Assembly (NCBI RefSeq): GCF_001194135.2
Contig: NC_068992.1
Location: 13,170,102 to 13,234,101 of the forward strand
Direction of reading: 5' to 3'
DNA: 64,000 nucleotides
Source of the DNA: Octopus bimaculoides
Lineage: Eukaryota
Shown: positions 1 to 12,478 of the stretch, in pieces
Layout: each line of letters opens with the position of its first letter
Position numbering within the stretch: position 1 is the stretch's first letter
Notes under the pieces: model-generated
The model's input: only the letters and a program-made list of their open reading frames with translations
Told to the model about the DNA's origin: nothing
The model's database searches: none
Translations under genes and position numbers: made by a program

Positions 1-31
<31 letters not shown>

Positions 32-108
32 TATATACATATATATGTATATATATATGTATATATATACATATATATATACATATATATGTATATATAT
101 ACACACAC
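1..108. repeat. (TA)n/(TACA) microsatellite
   Basis: Direct reading. Confidence 0.95.
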
Positions 109-548
109 TCGTGTGATGTATTTCTTAACAATTATTCATGATGATTGCGTAATACTAGTATTTAATGTGGCCAATGCAGAAGGTATTCTACTTTAATTGA
201 AGTAAGAGCATTTAGTTTACCTGAAGCACGCTTCTTTAATTCGAAACAAAGTAAGTATGATGAAAGCAATTACTGTAAATCGTTGTAATTTACATTACCG
301 ATCTTCATTAATAGTCTCTTTGATTTACTAGAGAATAAGAGCGATGTTAAACGTTTAGAAATTTCTCTATGTTATTACATTTTCAATGTACTGCACTTCG
401 TTGCTAGGTCGTTGACCCCCAAGTTCAAAATCTATTTATGCCACAGAATACCATACTATGGTGTATATATATTTATGTCCTAGCTGAATAAAACATGGAA
501 ACAGTTACACACATATTGTATGGCATTTTGTGACTATCGATTGATATC

Positions 549-770
549 GGTTTAAATTTTGGACAAATGCAGGTAATTTAAGGGTAAGGAGTAAGTCGAT
601 TACATCGACCTTGATCTTCAACTGGTATCTATTTTATCGACCCCGACAAAGTAAAAAGCAAAGTCAAAATCAACCGCGGCAGAATTTGGACACAGAACAT
701 GAAGAGGGACGAAATGCTGCAAAGTAATCTTCCCGGCGCGTTAATGATTCTGCCAGTTCGCTGCCTTAAT
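549..770 (+). mobile_element. Dispersed SINE-like repeat, family A
   Basis: Carries the block GTAAGTCGATTACATCGAC..AACTGGTA..TTTTATCGACCCCG..GGCAGAATTTG..ATTCTGCCAG, which recurs more than 10 times in the window in both orientations. Confidence 0.8.
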
Positions 771-1059
771 ATTGGCAGATATTAAAAATAAGATACAGCC
801 CAGCAATCAAAGACATCAATATGTACGCCGATTCCCAATATCCATTATTGTTCCTTTCTGCTTTGTGTTTTCAATTAAACGACTTTTTAGTAAGTGATTC
901 GAGCGAAAACGTCCATTACGAAGCCTCACTGCATTACGTCTTACGATCAAAATTTATCAGCGTCTATTTCGTTTCCATATATTCTTTAATATGTCCACCA
1001 GCTATAATGTTATACTTTTTCAGTTTGTTATAGAACAGTTTAAGCTCTTGTGAAAAAGT

Positions 1060-1230
1060 AAGGAATTATTACCACGCCGGGAAAAAAGCATAGCATGCAT
1101 TTTGTCCCTCTTTATTTTCTGAGTTCAAATTCCGCTGAAATTTTCTTTACCGTTCATCCTTTCGGGGTCGATAAAGTACGTACCAGTTGAGCACTGGGGT
1201 GGATATAATCGATTTACCCACTCCCCTATA
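1060..1230 (-). mobile_element. SINE-like repeat, family A (inverted relative to 549-770)
   Basis: Plus strand reads TTCTGAGTTCAAATTCCGC..TCATCCTTTCGGGGTCGATAAA..GTACCAGTTGAGCACTGGGG, the reverse complement of the family A core. Confidence 0.85.
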
Positions 1231-1303
1231 CTTATTAGCTTTGTACCAAAATATGAAACTACTACAACTAGTACTATTATTATTATTATTATCATCATCA
1301 TTA

Positions 1304-1390
1304 TTCAGGTCACTGCCTGGAATCGAACTCGGAATCTTGGGTCTAGTAGCCCACGCTCTTAACAACTACGCCATTTTCCCGTGGGCATAT
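1304..1390 (-). mobile_element. Short tRNA-derived SINE head with (AAT)n tail
   Basis: Minus strand TGGCGTAGTTGTTAAGAGCG..GAGTTCGATTCCAGGCAGTGACCTGA has A-box-like and B-box-like Pol III motifs followed by an AAT-rich tail. No complete cloverleaf is evident. Confidence 0.65.
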
Positions 1391-1727
1391 GCTGTATGTT
1401 TTTAACTTTTCTTTTTAACTTTATCAATGAACTCAGCATCTGCTCGTCTCGATGCTATGACATTGGAATATTATATATTAGGATCCCTGAGGATTTCATA
1501 TTATTCCTTTTCCAGTAGTAGTAGTAGTAATAGTGTTATTTTATTTTCTTTGTCATAACTAAATGTGTTTCTGAAGCTTCATTACATTATCATGTTTTCA
1601 TTCTAGAAGCTTACATTCTGTTTTTGTTTTTTGTTTGGTTTTTTGTTTCTCATATACTGTTTATCAACTCGACTAGGTTTGTCAGTCACTAGTGGAGCTT
1701 TTGCTACTGATTCCATAAAGAAAAAAA

Positions 1728-1773
<46 letters not shown>

Positions 1774-2204
1774 GAAAGCGAAGCAAAATTTTCAAAATGG
1801 CTTCAGCATATTCGGCCTTGCTTGCCGACCGTTCAAAACGAGCGATAGGTCACCTCCTTCTCCAGCATCAACACCGATTTTATTTTTTATATTTTTAAGC
1901 TTCGAAACACTTTGACAACTTTATTTTTGATCTGGAATTTTTATACGGGGTGAGTCTCTGTCTGTGCTTGAACGTATCTTCGTGTCTGTATGTTTATGTA
2001 AGTATTGTTATGGCTACGCGCATGTCTGCTTATGAATATGTATTTTTATGTCTTATCTTTGAACAATGTCAGCTATTTCCATACTGGTGACTTTCACACT
2101 TCATACCTATTTATTTCGTATTTAATCTCTGAAATACTTCATACATCTTTTTATTCAACGCATTTCTCATTTCTTTCTCTTTTTTCTATTTCGCTTTTAA
2201 GTCT

Positions 2205-2332
2205 TATAATCTCTCTCTGTCTCTCTGTCTCTCTGTATGTCTCTCTCTCTGTCTCTCTCTCTGTCTCTCTCTCTCTGTCTCTATCTCTCTCTCTCTCTGT
2301 CTCTATGTCTCTCTCTCTCTCTCTCTCTCTCT
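2205..2332. repeat. (CT)n/(CTGT) microsatellite
   Basis: Direct reading. Confidence 0.95.
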
Positions 2333-3019
2333 TAAATATTTTCAATAATTTTTTTTTCTCTTTACTGTTTTTCAACCAATTGAAAAATAAATCGAAAACT
2401 TTAATAAAAATAATAATCCTCTCATGTTTTATTTTCCTTCTCTCTCTCTCTCTCACACACACACATAGATTCTCCCTCTCGCTTTTCCCCCTCCCTCTCT
2501 CTTTCTCTACACCGGCACACAAACCGTAATCTTTAATATTTCTGCATTTCACACAATAAACATGAATACTTATTCAATCATTTCTACGGACTAGCTACCT
2601 TGATGTGTTGTAAACGCAAATCACCATGTCACCGTACACTCCTTTAACCAATTACTCGTCAAGGACAAGTGAGGTAACCACTATGTCGTATTTCGACTTA
2701 CTACATGTAGATTTACATGTTATTGTCATAGAAAATATCGCATTTATAATGCGGTGAGGGCTTATGCTTTTGATAATATAGACAATAGTGTGACGCCTGG
2801 ATACGTTCGATCACGTTATTATACGAATGCTAATTCAGAGCAGCAGGCCTAGTGCTTTAACACAACTAAATGCACATCTATGTACCTACCTATCTATCTA
2901 TGTCTTTATATCTATATTCATACATCAATCTGTATATGTATATATATATTATTACAAATTAAAAGGGTAAAGGTTTATCAATTTATTAATTTATTAATAA
3001 ATCAACAATTAATAATTTT

Positions 3020-3230
3020 TTACCAAGCCCTTCGGTATGTAAGCACCATTATCGGTGGAGAACTTATTTAAAAGTTCATATACATTTATAAACATCATTA
3101 AGGAATCAGCAAATATTTGCTTCACCACATACCGAAGTTCAGAAATAGCAGCTAAAAAAGCTGAGACTCCAACAGATAGCATTACTTGTAACTCACAAAG
3201 GCAAAAACAAGAAGAAAAAAGCAAATATTT
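3020..3230 (+). mobile_element. Possible decayed hAT (Buster-like) transposase fragment
   Basis: Frameshifted translation STIIGGELI*KFI / IIKESANICF..EIAAKKAETP loosely resembles the hAT motif HTIGEELIKP..EKAAKKL. Truncated by a gap. Confidence 0.25.
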
Positions 3231-4619
3231 NNNNNNNNNNNNNNNNNNNNNNNNNNNNNNNNNNNNNNNNNNNNNNNNNNNNNNNNNNNNNNNNNNNNNN
3301 NNNNNNNNNNNNNNNNNNNNNNNNNNNNNNNNNNNNNNNNNNNNNNNNNNNNNNNNNNNNNNNNNNNNNNNNNNNNNNNNNNNNNNNNNNNNNNNNNNNN
3401 NNNNNNNNNNNNNNNNNNNNNNNNNNNNNNNNNNNNNNNNNNNNNNNNNNNNNNNNNNNNNNNNNNNNNNNNNNNNNNNNNNNNNNNNNNNNNNNNNNNN
3501 NNNNNNNNNNNNNNNNNNNNNNNNNNNNNNNNNNNNNNNNNNNNNNNNNNNNNNNNNNNNNNNNNNNNNNNNNNNNNNNNNNNNNNNNNNNNNNNNNNNN
3601 NNNNNNNNNNNNNNNNNNNNNNNNNNNNNNNNNNNNNNNNNNNNNNNNNNNNNNNNNNNNNNNNNNNNNNNNNNNNNNNNNNNNNNNNNNNNNNNNNNNN
3701 NNNNNNNNNNNNNNNNNNNNNNNNNNNNNNNNNNNNNNNNNNNNNNNNNNNNNNNNNNNNNNNNNNNNNNNNNNNNNNNNNNNNNNNNNNATATATATAT
3801 ATATATATATATAATCCCACCTATAAATGTGATCATTATTTTACCTACAACGGTATCAACATATTTCTCAATCAACATTTCTCTGTCTCCTCTTTGTAAA
3901 AATGTTTCTCAATGTGCATTTATATTTCTCGCCATTCTTCTCTCATTTCCTCCTTTGCATGCCTATCTCTTAGACGCAAACTAACTCAATAACAAAGTAG
4001 TATACTGCCAAATTCATTTACTCCTGCTCCGGTCTATCAAGACGAAATTTTCATCGATTTGACCATTTTAAAATTGTGTTACTTTAGTTTGTTTTTTTAC
4101 ATTTTCTTTACTCTTACATCAAAACCTTTATCAGGTAGCGCAGTATGAGCAAATTATTTCATCCTTACGTATTCTGTGAATATAAAATGTATCTGTGACT
4201 ATATGATCATATACGTATTTCAGTCTTTCGTACACCAGCGTGTAATTCTATTACGATTTGGTTGCTATTCGTCGTGGCTTGAATGAGCCTAGATTGGCTT
4301 CCATATTAGCTTATGTGATGAAAGTATTTACAAGAAGAGATAATATTCCTGGGAGCCATGAGCAGCAAAATGTATGACGTAGTTTCATCTCAGAATTTAA
4401 TGCATATACGTGAATGATATAAATTTCTCGATATCTATTTTTTTTTCTTTCCTGGAATGACAAGGCAAACTATTCTATTGCGTTATATAAGGAATGTTGT
4501 AGGTAATATATACAATACTTACAAATGTACTGATCACTTTCTCTCTCTCTCTCTCTCACTCTCACTTTTTCTCCGCATATATATACAAATGCATACATAT
4601 ATATATATATATATATCCT

Positions 4620-4832
4620 CTCCACGATACCAGACGAACCAATGGCTCGTAATGAGACGCAGTTTAGGGCAGCTGTGTCAAATTCTCTTATACACCAGAT
4701 GTGCCATCAAAACTCTTGATTGGACCATGTCAGGTGGGGGAGAAGAGCCATGCAAGGAACGTGAAAATCACGGTGGTGCACCAGCATGACCGCAGCCACT
4801 TGGCTGAAACACATAAATAAATAAAAATAAAT
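4620..4832 (+). mobile_element. 3' end of CR1/L2-like LINE
   Basis: Translates TIPDEPMARNETQFRAAVSNSLIHQMCHQNS*, homologous to the end of the LINE at 16745-18010 (DKPTSRQNTQKWTSMSNSVFHQ). It is followed by the tail GGTGGTGCACCAGCATGACCGCAG..GCTGAAACA and (AAAT)n. Confidence 0.7.
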
Positions 4833-4837
4833 AAATA

Positions 4838-4898
4838 TGTATGATGTCTACTGGATGATGTGGATGATGTCTACTGGATGATGTGGATGATGTCTACT
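4838..4898. repeat. 23-bp tandem repeat, about 2.6 copies
   Basis: Unit TGGATGATGTCTACTGGATGATG. Confidence 0.85.
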
Positions 4899-5574
4899 GA
4901 GGAATTTTGTTATTGTCGGCTTTGCAATCACGCACATATTCTCTCGTTTTCTTTCTTTGTCTCTCTGTCTTTCTGTGTCTCACTATTTCACTATGCATGC
5001 CTCTGCTATTATTCTCTCTCGCTCTCTGATTCAAGGCTACCCCCGACTAATCTTTATATTTCATTTCCTCTACGCTTTTTAGTTAACTTTGACAGATAGT
5101 TACGTCGCTAAAAACCTAAATCACCGACTTTTTCACAAAAAAAAAAAGGCTTAGATTCAATAGGTTAGTGCTTGATGTACAAAATGACTGAATGATAATG
5201 ATCAAATTCTAAAATTTACTTGATAACCGACTACGTCGATCCTATTTAGTCTGGTGCAAATGAACAATGAAGAAAAGCCATCATCGAATCAATGACATAT
5301 AGTGCATAAACACCTGCACGTAATCCAATGTGTGGAAACACAACTGAGCTGCGTAAGACCATATATATATATATATATATGTGTATGTGTGTCTGTATAT
5401 ATATTTATATATATATATATATAATTATATGTATGTATATGTATGTATTATATGTAATCTGGTTGTGTATTAGATTATTGGTAGATAGACACAGAAAGAT
5501 GATTAATATTGCTGATGTTGCTCTTATTGTATTTTTGGACAACGGTGGCATAGATAAAATCTAAATACATCAGG

Positions 5575-5631
5575 AGAGATAGAGGAAGAGATGGAGGAAG
5601 AGCTAGAGAAGGAACGAGAGAGAGAGGGAAA

Positions 5632-5677
<46 letters not shown>

Positions 5678-5690
5678 GAGAGAGACAGAG
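5575..5690. repeat. (AG)n microsatellite
   Basis: Direct reading. Confidence 0.9.
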
Positions 5691-6227
5691 CTTATTGCTG
5701 CAGAGAACGAGGATGTAACAGGGCTGGGAATTACTATTGAGGGAAGTGTCGGTGGTTGTGACGACGATGTAGGGAAATTATGATGATGACAATGTTGTTG
5801 CTGTTATGATGACTCTGTTACTGCTGTTACTGAGCTGATGATTGATGATGATGGCGAGAAGTAGTCGGATGGGGATCATAGTGTTAACAATGATAATGAA
5901 AGCAACGATGTCCACAAAAGGCGACAGCAAATTTGAGGACGACAGAGTTAATAATAATGATGAAATGAATAAAATCGAAGCAAAGTGATAAAAAAAAAAG
6001 AGAAAATGAAAAAGGAAAATTGTCTGCGATCTGATTACTGCTTCCTATATATTATTCGTACTTATATTATGCTTACTAAATGATAGAAGATAAAGTCAGT
6101 TGTGTGTCATGTTACCAAATGTTAATTATATGATCTAGCACTGAGTTGTATTACAATCTTATCACATTTCTTTATAACAAGAAACCTCTATTAAGAAGCC
6201 ACTTATTATTCAGTCAGTGAGAGGTGC

Positions 6228-6401
<174 letters not shown>

Positions 6402-7019
6402 GTCTTCTGTATATTTCTTAAAACCTCTACATGACCTACTACATTTTCTAGATAAAGAACTGAAGTAAACCATAAGCCGAACATTCGTTCTTTTGAATCT
6501 TGATATTGGCGAGTCATATTTATTCCAAGACATAAAATTTTACACTTAACTCTTTTACCTAACTTGTGCATCGCATGTGATTTACTCTAACATTCATTTG
6601 TGACTGAGCCGTGTAGAGTGACGTGGAATGAAGAACCTCACTTTAAGAAACAACGCACGGCCATGTCCAAGAATCGTTCTCCTGACTAAAGCCACGATCT
6701 TTCAGAGACGATTCAATATCAGGTTTTGAATGCAGTGACAAATATTTCAAAACATACCTGCTATGTACAAGGGTTTATTCCATCAACTATAATCTTCCTT
6801 CTCAAAAGTATTAGCCTTTCATTATTTTTAAAGGAATAATTTAAGGAGTCCCTGTGTGTCATTCCATCCGAAATATGCCTTATAATATTACCACAATAAA
6901 ACTCTGTTCTGAGATTTACTCAGGTCTGTAAACATAAGTGAGTTTAAATGTCTTAATATGCGATTCTTCGTTTCCATAGAGTTCAAAGTAACATAATTAA
7001 CATTTCTAGATATATAGTT

Positions 7020-7440
7020 GCAGACGTGGCTGTGTAGCAATAGGCATACTTCTCAACTACAAGATTCTGGTTTCAAACTTATTGCATAGTACCTTGAGCA
7101 TGTTTCGTCTATTATATCCCCTAGACGACTAAAGCATTGCGAGTGGTTTGGGGCGTCAGAAACTGCAAGAAGCCCGTCGAGTTTATATAAATGCATAGAT
7201 GTATCGAGTGTGGCTTTATGTTAGTGCTTGTTCTCACAGCCGCTTGTCAACGGGTCTTGTTTCCTTTCCGTCTTTGTAATATATCAGTTCGGCAAAATAT
7301 ATATCAGTTCGGGAATTATATAGCGTGTACTCGGTTTTCTAAAGAACAATAAGTGCCAATTTATTTGAATAAATCTTTGAATGCGATGCCACTGCACGGC
7401 CGCAATCGAATGACTGAAAGAAATTAAATATATAAAGATC
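7020..7440 (+). mobile_element. tRNA-derived CORE-type SINE (family B), decayed, near full length
   Basis: Head GACGTGGCTGTGTAG..GGTTTCAAAC; CORE-like GTACCTTGAGCATGTTTCGTCT; middle GAAACTGCAAGAAGCCCGTCG; tail GCACGGCCGCAATCGAATGACTGAAAGAAA. Confidence 0.7.
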
Positions 7441-9594
7441 AAAGCGATGATATGCTTCAAATTTTCATCTGATATAAGATCATTACATTCACCCCGTTTT
7501 AAATTTTCTATCTGTTAATACAAAACCTATTAAAGTATACCCCAAAAGAACCAATATTTTTGAATACTTCAATTTAGATTACATAACAGGTTAGGCTGCT
7601 GTGTTCACTTCTATCATGCTGCAGAAAAGGTCATTTTAGATGCTACAGTCTGGAGACTTGGTACATTTAATAGAAGACCACTAATCTACATTTTTGCCAT
7701 TCGCAAAGACACAGCACGAAGATCCACCAAAGATGATAGAGACATTGATTTCTGGTGCAGCGTTTTGAGACGCATCTCACTTAAGGCTCCTTGATAAAGA
7801 AGATTATAGCTTTATATTTAGGATATGAATGATCACCACAGTCTCCAGATTTTCTAGCATCACAGAACAGCAATATATATGGTATTTCCGCCATTGCAAA
7901 AACAATATATTATTACGATCTATCCTTGTTTGAAACAAGTGTATTTCATTTACGCCAACAATTTTCCGTGAGAATTGTATGAGACATTTTGTATTCTCTT
8001 ATTGCCACGACAGAGAAGAAATAACAAAAGAAAAAATTAATACAATGGTATAATCGTAAATCTTATTTAATTGAGCAACTGTCGACTAAGACTGTTTAGA
8101 CGAGGTTGAAATTATTAAGAGATTTCGTCCAAATTTACCTTTCTGAGATCAATATTAAATGAACTTGTCGAGTGCAGCTGGATTTATAGTTAGAAAAATA
8201 ATCCAAACAATTTGCATTTATTTTTAATGAACACCGGACGCGGTAAATATACCTGAGAGCCTTGAATGTAAATGAAAATTGCGTGGCAGTTTCTGATGCG
8301 ATTCTCTTGTCATCAGCTATTTCACTATTCATAATGAAGTATAAACTATATATGAAGAGAAAGGGTAATTGTATATTTGTGCTCTTCTTTGCGTACATTC
8401 GATTGTATCTGCGCGAAGTGTCGTATGACTACCGAAAAGAAAGTAGGAAACAGGAAATAAAAAAAAATATGAGGGAATTGTATTCAAAGAAATGACAGGT
8501 GAAATAGTTAGACACATAATGTAATGTATAATACAATATTGAATTGAAAGAAAAAAAACTGAATTCTAATTGTGGAGACCAAGTTATTAACGTTGTAATA
8601 TCCAAATTCAAAATTATATTTGAACTTAGAACGTAAAACTAAATATTCATTGGCGTAACTTACTCTATTTTTTCTATCCCTTGGAACAATAAGTTAATTT
8701 CATATGAAGCTTAGACTATCTGTCCTACAGAACGAAACTGTTTGGACTAGTATTTGGGATTGTTTGATTTACGGTCACCTCACCCGGATTCGATGACTAG
8801 ACCATGCTTCACATTCTATCCTCCAGCAAGATCCTCTGGTTCACATTGTTCCAGTTCACTCAGGTGAAGATGCATACCTGCCGGTGCTGGGTGTTGACTA
8901 CACGAAGAACCGATGGCGTGTTTAGAGGAGATAAGAACCCTAAATGCAAAAGTTTTCATCTCGTTACTCTTCATAACTTCGTTCGATATTATATTTTCAA
9001 CAACTAATGTAAATAGATGAATGTAATATGTTCATGTGACACCGAAAAAGTTATAGGTTCATACCTCAATTTAAACTAATAAACTTTTTGAGAAAAAATA
9101 GGACAATTATTATATAATGTTTATATTTTCGCTAAATAAAAAAAGCAAATACTGCCAAATATTGAAGAATTTAATTCGACTTTCAAACATCTAAATATTT
9201 ATATTCTTCCTTTCTTCAATATACGGAAAATAAAGTGAATGCAAATAACTCAAACAAGCTATTAGATGCACATAATTCTGTACGAGCGAGTGTGTATGGA
9301 TGGTGTCCGTGTAATCTAATGCAGGTGAATCTATACACGAATCATTTTCACAAATATTTATATTTAGAAAAGTATGTGTGCGTGCGTGTGTGTAATTACT
9401 TTGTTGTATATATTTCCGTGTTTGCTTGAGTGCTTCTGTGTGAAAATGTATGTCCATTTGCGTTTAAATATATGTTCAGATCAGGACCTGTGTGATTAAG
9501 TGTATACATGTGTACATGCCTTTAGATGCCCTGAACGTGGGCGCTTCTTTTGGCGTTTGTTTGCTGTGTAGACAAACAGCAAGATATCCCATCG

Positions 9595-9641
9595 TTGTCA
9601 TCATCGTCGTCGTCGTCGTCATCATCATCATCATCATCATC

Positions 9642-9682
<41 letters not shown>

Positions 9683-9700
9683 AATCATCATCATCATATC
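9595..9700. repeat. (CAT)n microsatellite
   Basis: Direct reading. Confidence 0.95.
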
Positions 9701-10282
9701 TATGATAATCTACGCCAGAAACATCACCACTTTTATAGAAATCAGTCGATATTATAAGGTGAGAAACAATGAAAATATGTCACTGACCAGAACGGTGTTG
9801 TACGACAAAAATTTTGACACATCATAAAAGTGATTTTTTTTTATATTTAAGAATTTAATAGCTTTGAGTGTTATTAAATTGTTATTCAGCTTCAACATGT
9901 GATCTCACATCAAGTCACTTGCGAGACATTTACAATTCCACGAATGTCTGTGTGTATATATGCGTGCATGCATTTCTATACGAGCATGCATACATATATA
10001 TATATACATGTATACATATATATATACATGTATACATATACATATATACATGTATACATGTATTTACATATACACATGTGTGTGTATGTGTGTGTGCGCA
10101 TGTGTGTGAGTGTGTGCGTGTAAGAGCTTTTTGACTGCTGGACTATGCTATTATGGTAGTGAGAGAGAGAAGAACATTTTCTCTACATCTTTTCGTCTTC
10201 CGTTTCTTAGAAATTTTTTTTTCTCTCGGTGGAAAAAAAAGAAAAGAACATCCATCATTTATGATAAGACATGTTTATTATT

Positions 10283-10480
10283 GGTTTCAAATTTTGCAAC
10301 ATGGCCAGCAATTTTGGGGCATGGGTAAGTCATCTGCATCGACCCCAATGTTCAAATGATGCTTATTTTATCGACCTCGAAAGAACGCAGGGCAAAGCCG
10401 ACTTCGGCGAAATTTGAACCCACAATGAAAGGACGAAATACCACTAAGTATCTTGCTTGCGCGGTAACGATTGTGCCAGT
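10283..10480 (+). mobile_element. SINE-like repeat, family A
   Basis: GGTTTCAAATTTTG..GGCCAGCAATTTTGGGG..ATCGACCCCA..TTATTTTATCGACC..GGCGAAATTTGAAC..AACGATTGTGCCAG. Confidence 0.85.
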
Positions 10481-10619
10481 CCATTATTACTACCAGACTG
10501 TACGTGTGTGTGCACGTGTATATATATACATCTAACTTCCGGTCAGCCATTATTATGATTGACCGTTGACTGAACACTTTTCAATTTTTTCCTCCGTGTT
10601 TTTCTCCTTGTCTCCGTAT

Positions 10620-10656
10620 TCTTTCTGTTGAAGAGCGTAGCTCGAAACGTCAGAGA
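10620..10656 (+). ncRNA. Minimal type-I hammerhead ribozyme-like motif (variant core)
   Basis: TCTTT-CTGTTGA-A-GAGC(GTA)GCTC-GAAA-CGTC-AGAGA: stem I, near-canonical CUGAnGA (A6 to U), 4-bp stem II, GAAA, palindromic ACGT stem III, GUC cleavage triplet. Confidence 0.55.
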
Positions 10657-10747
10657 CTTTCCGTATTCCCGAGCGTCATACTAATACATCCTTTTGTTAT
10701 TTACACCACCTGTCCTCGTCTGTTGTTGTTTTTTCGTACATTCTCCC

Positions 10748-10790
<43 letters not shown>

Positions 10791-10890
10791 GGTGTGTGCG
10801 TGTGTGCGTATGTGTGTGTGAGTGAGTGTGTGTGTGCGTGTGTGTGTGTGTAGATATGTTTATACATATATATACATACATGCATACATA
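10748..10890. repeat. (TA)n/(TG)n compound microsatellite
   Basis: Direct reading. Confidence 0.95.
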
Positions 10891-11318
10891 TGTGTTTTGT
10901 TTCTTTTCATCACTGTGGAGATGAAAGCAATATCTTACATACTTTGCTTCGAAACATTTCCTCGCGCTTTACATTCTGAGTCCCAAAGTCGCCGAGGACG
11001 ATTTTGGCTTTCACATGAAAGTCAAACAAATTAATCAGCACAGCTGGGACTGTTGAAATAGACTTCCCTCTACCTTCAAAATTTCAGCTCTTGTCGAATG
11101 CCCAAAAGGATTATTTCCAGCAAGAAGGAAGCGAGATTTCAAAGCAGAACATATATGGAATAAGAACTGCAAGGTATATTTTTTCCTGACTGCTGCTGAC
11201 TTTGCAATCTACAGACATCTCAATGGGCCAATGTATGGATGCATAGTTATTGGATACATTTTTTTATTAAGGAGACTGATGATTTCAGGGAAAATTGAAG
11301 AGAGAAACAAAAAGTGGG

Positions 11319-11565
11319 ATACATGAATATTTCATAAGATTTAATCAGATGCTTTACCATAGCGAATCGTTGGAATAACAATAGTTTGAAATATTAATGC
11401 TAGTATGAGTGAGGGGAGAGATTAACATTTCTGAAGGGATTTTATATGATTTTTGAAGCGCAGAAGTCAGCTTGTGATAAACCGCTCAACGTCTATTCAG
11501 ATCTCATTGCATGATGAAATATTGTAAGACCAATTAAGATAACTGTATCCTGAAACCTTGAATAT
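11319..11565 (+). repeat. Unclassified 247-bp dispersed repeat, copy 1
   Basis: Collinear with 25057-25303. No open reading frame found in the frames I translated. Confidence 0.85.
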
Positions 11566-11702
11566 TTTGTCGTTGAATATGTTGCAGTTGTTCTATCATC
11601 GTCATCATCATCGTCATCATCATCGTCATCGTTTTCGTTGTTATCATCATCATCATCATCATTATCGTCAACGCCGTCGTCATCATCACCATCGCCATTA
11701 TT

Positions 11703-12396
11703 ATTTTGCTGGGTATGATGTGGAAGGAGTCAGCTGTCCACAGCCAGTATTCTAAGGTGACACTTGTTTACTGATCATGCTTCAAGAACTGTGCGAAGAA
11801 TTCTTGCAGTTCCAAGCAATATTTGTTTTTGTAGATGTTCTATCTTTACAATTGTACCAATCATTTTGAGCTATGTTAGTAATGGAGTGTTGATACTTCC
11901 CAGCACGCTAATAACTATTGGTATCACGTCCACTTTCTCCATTGCCCACATCCTCACTTCACTGATAGTTCTTCATATGCTTTTCTTCTTTCTCTTCGAG
12001 CTTCTTTTCTCCAGGATATGCTATGTCGATTATCATACGTATCTTCCCTTCTCTCTCTCTCTCTTCTTTTTTGTTTTTGTTTGTTCACCACAGCAATGTC
12101 AAGTTTCCGATGCCTGATGTGGCGGTCACACTTAATCATTGCATCCCACGGGATTTTGCATTCTTCATTGTCACTAACTGCCTCTGGGATTTGGCCATAC
12201 AACGCCTTTGGTCTTCCTACATCATAATTTCCACGGAGCTCCAAATGGATCATTCTTTCCACGTTGTCATGTTGTCTTTTGTATTCGCGGTGAGCCAATT
12301 TTGGGCATTCACAAACAATGTGCTATAACGGTTCTACAACTCTCATCACACGTTTTGCATGTGTTGTTCTCAGTTGTGTCATCATTTCTGCACTTC

Positions 12397-12397
<1 letters not shown>
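11703..12397 (-). mobile_element. R4/Dong-like non-LTR retrotransposon, 3' remnant (zinc knuckle + RLE endonuclease)
   Basis: Minus translation CKTCDE..MAHREYKRQHDNVERMIHLELRGNY..EECKIPWDAMIKCDRHIRHRKLDIAVVNK..LLGTARILRTVL matches the R4-clade C-terminus. Contains stops, frameshifts and an internal (CT)n insert. Confidence 0.9.
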
Positions 12398-12398
<1 letters not shown>

Positions 12399-12456
<58 letters not shown>

Positions 12457-12478
12457 CAGCAGCAGCAGCAGTAGCAGC
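12399..12478. repeat. (GTA)n(GCA)n microsatellite
   Basis: Direct reading. Confidence 0.95.

Noticed and set aside
1304-1390. Possible functional tRNA gene (also 26975-27046 and 63575-63605)
   Set aside because: A/B boxes are present (only a B-box-like string at 63.6 kb), but I find no paired acceptor stem or complete cloverleaf; better explained as SINE heads.
4838-4898. Short direct repeats as a CRISPR-like array (also 27614-27660, 48147-48312, 57436-57459)
   Set aside because: Head-to-tail tandem repeats without unique spacers, eukaryotic context and no cas genes.
6759-6925. Minus-strand AG..GTATGT pair suggesting an exon
   Set aside because: Stop codons in all three frames.
7620-7795. 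RRSTKDDRDI, resembling a Tc1 N-terminal motif
   Set aside because: The similarity is too short, with no TIR or catalytic domain nearby.
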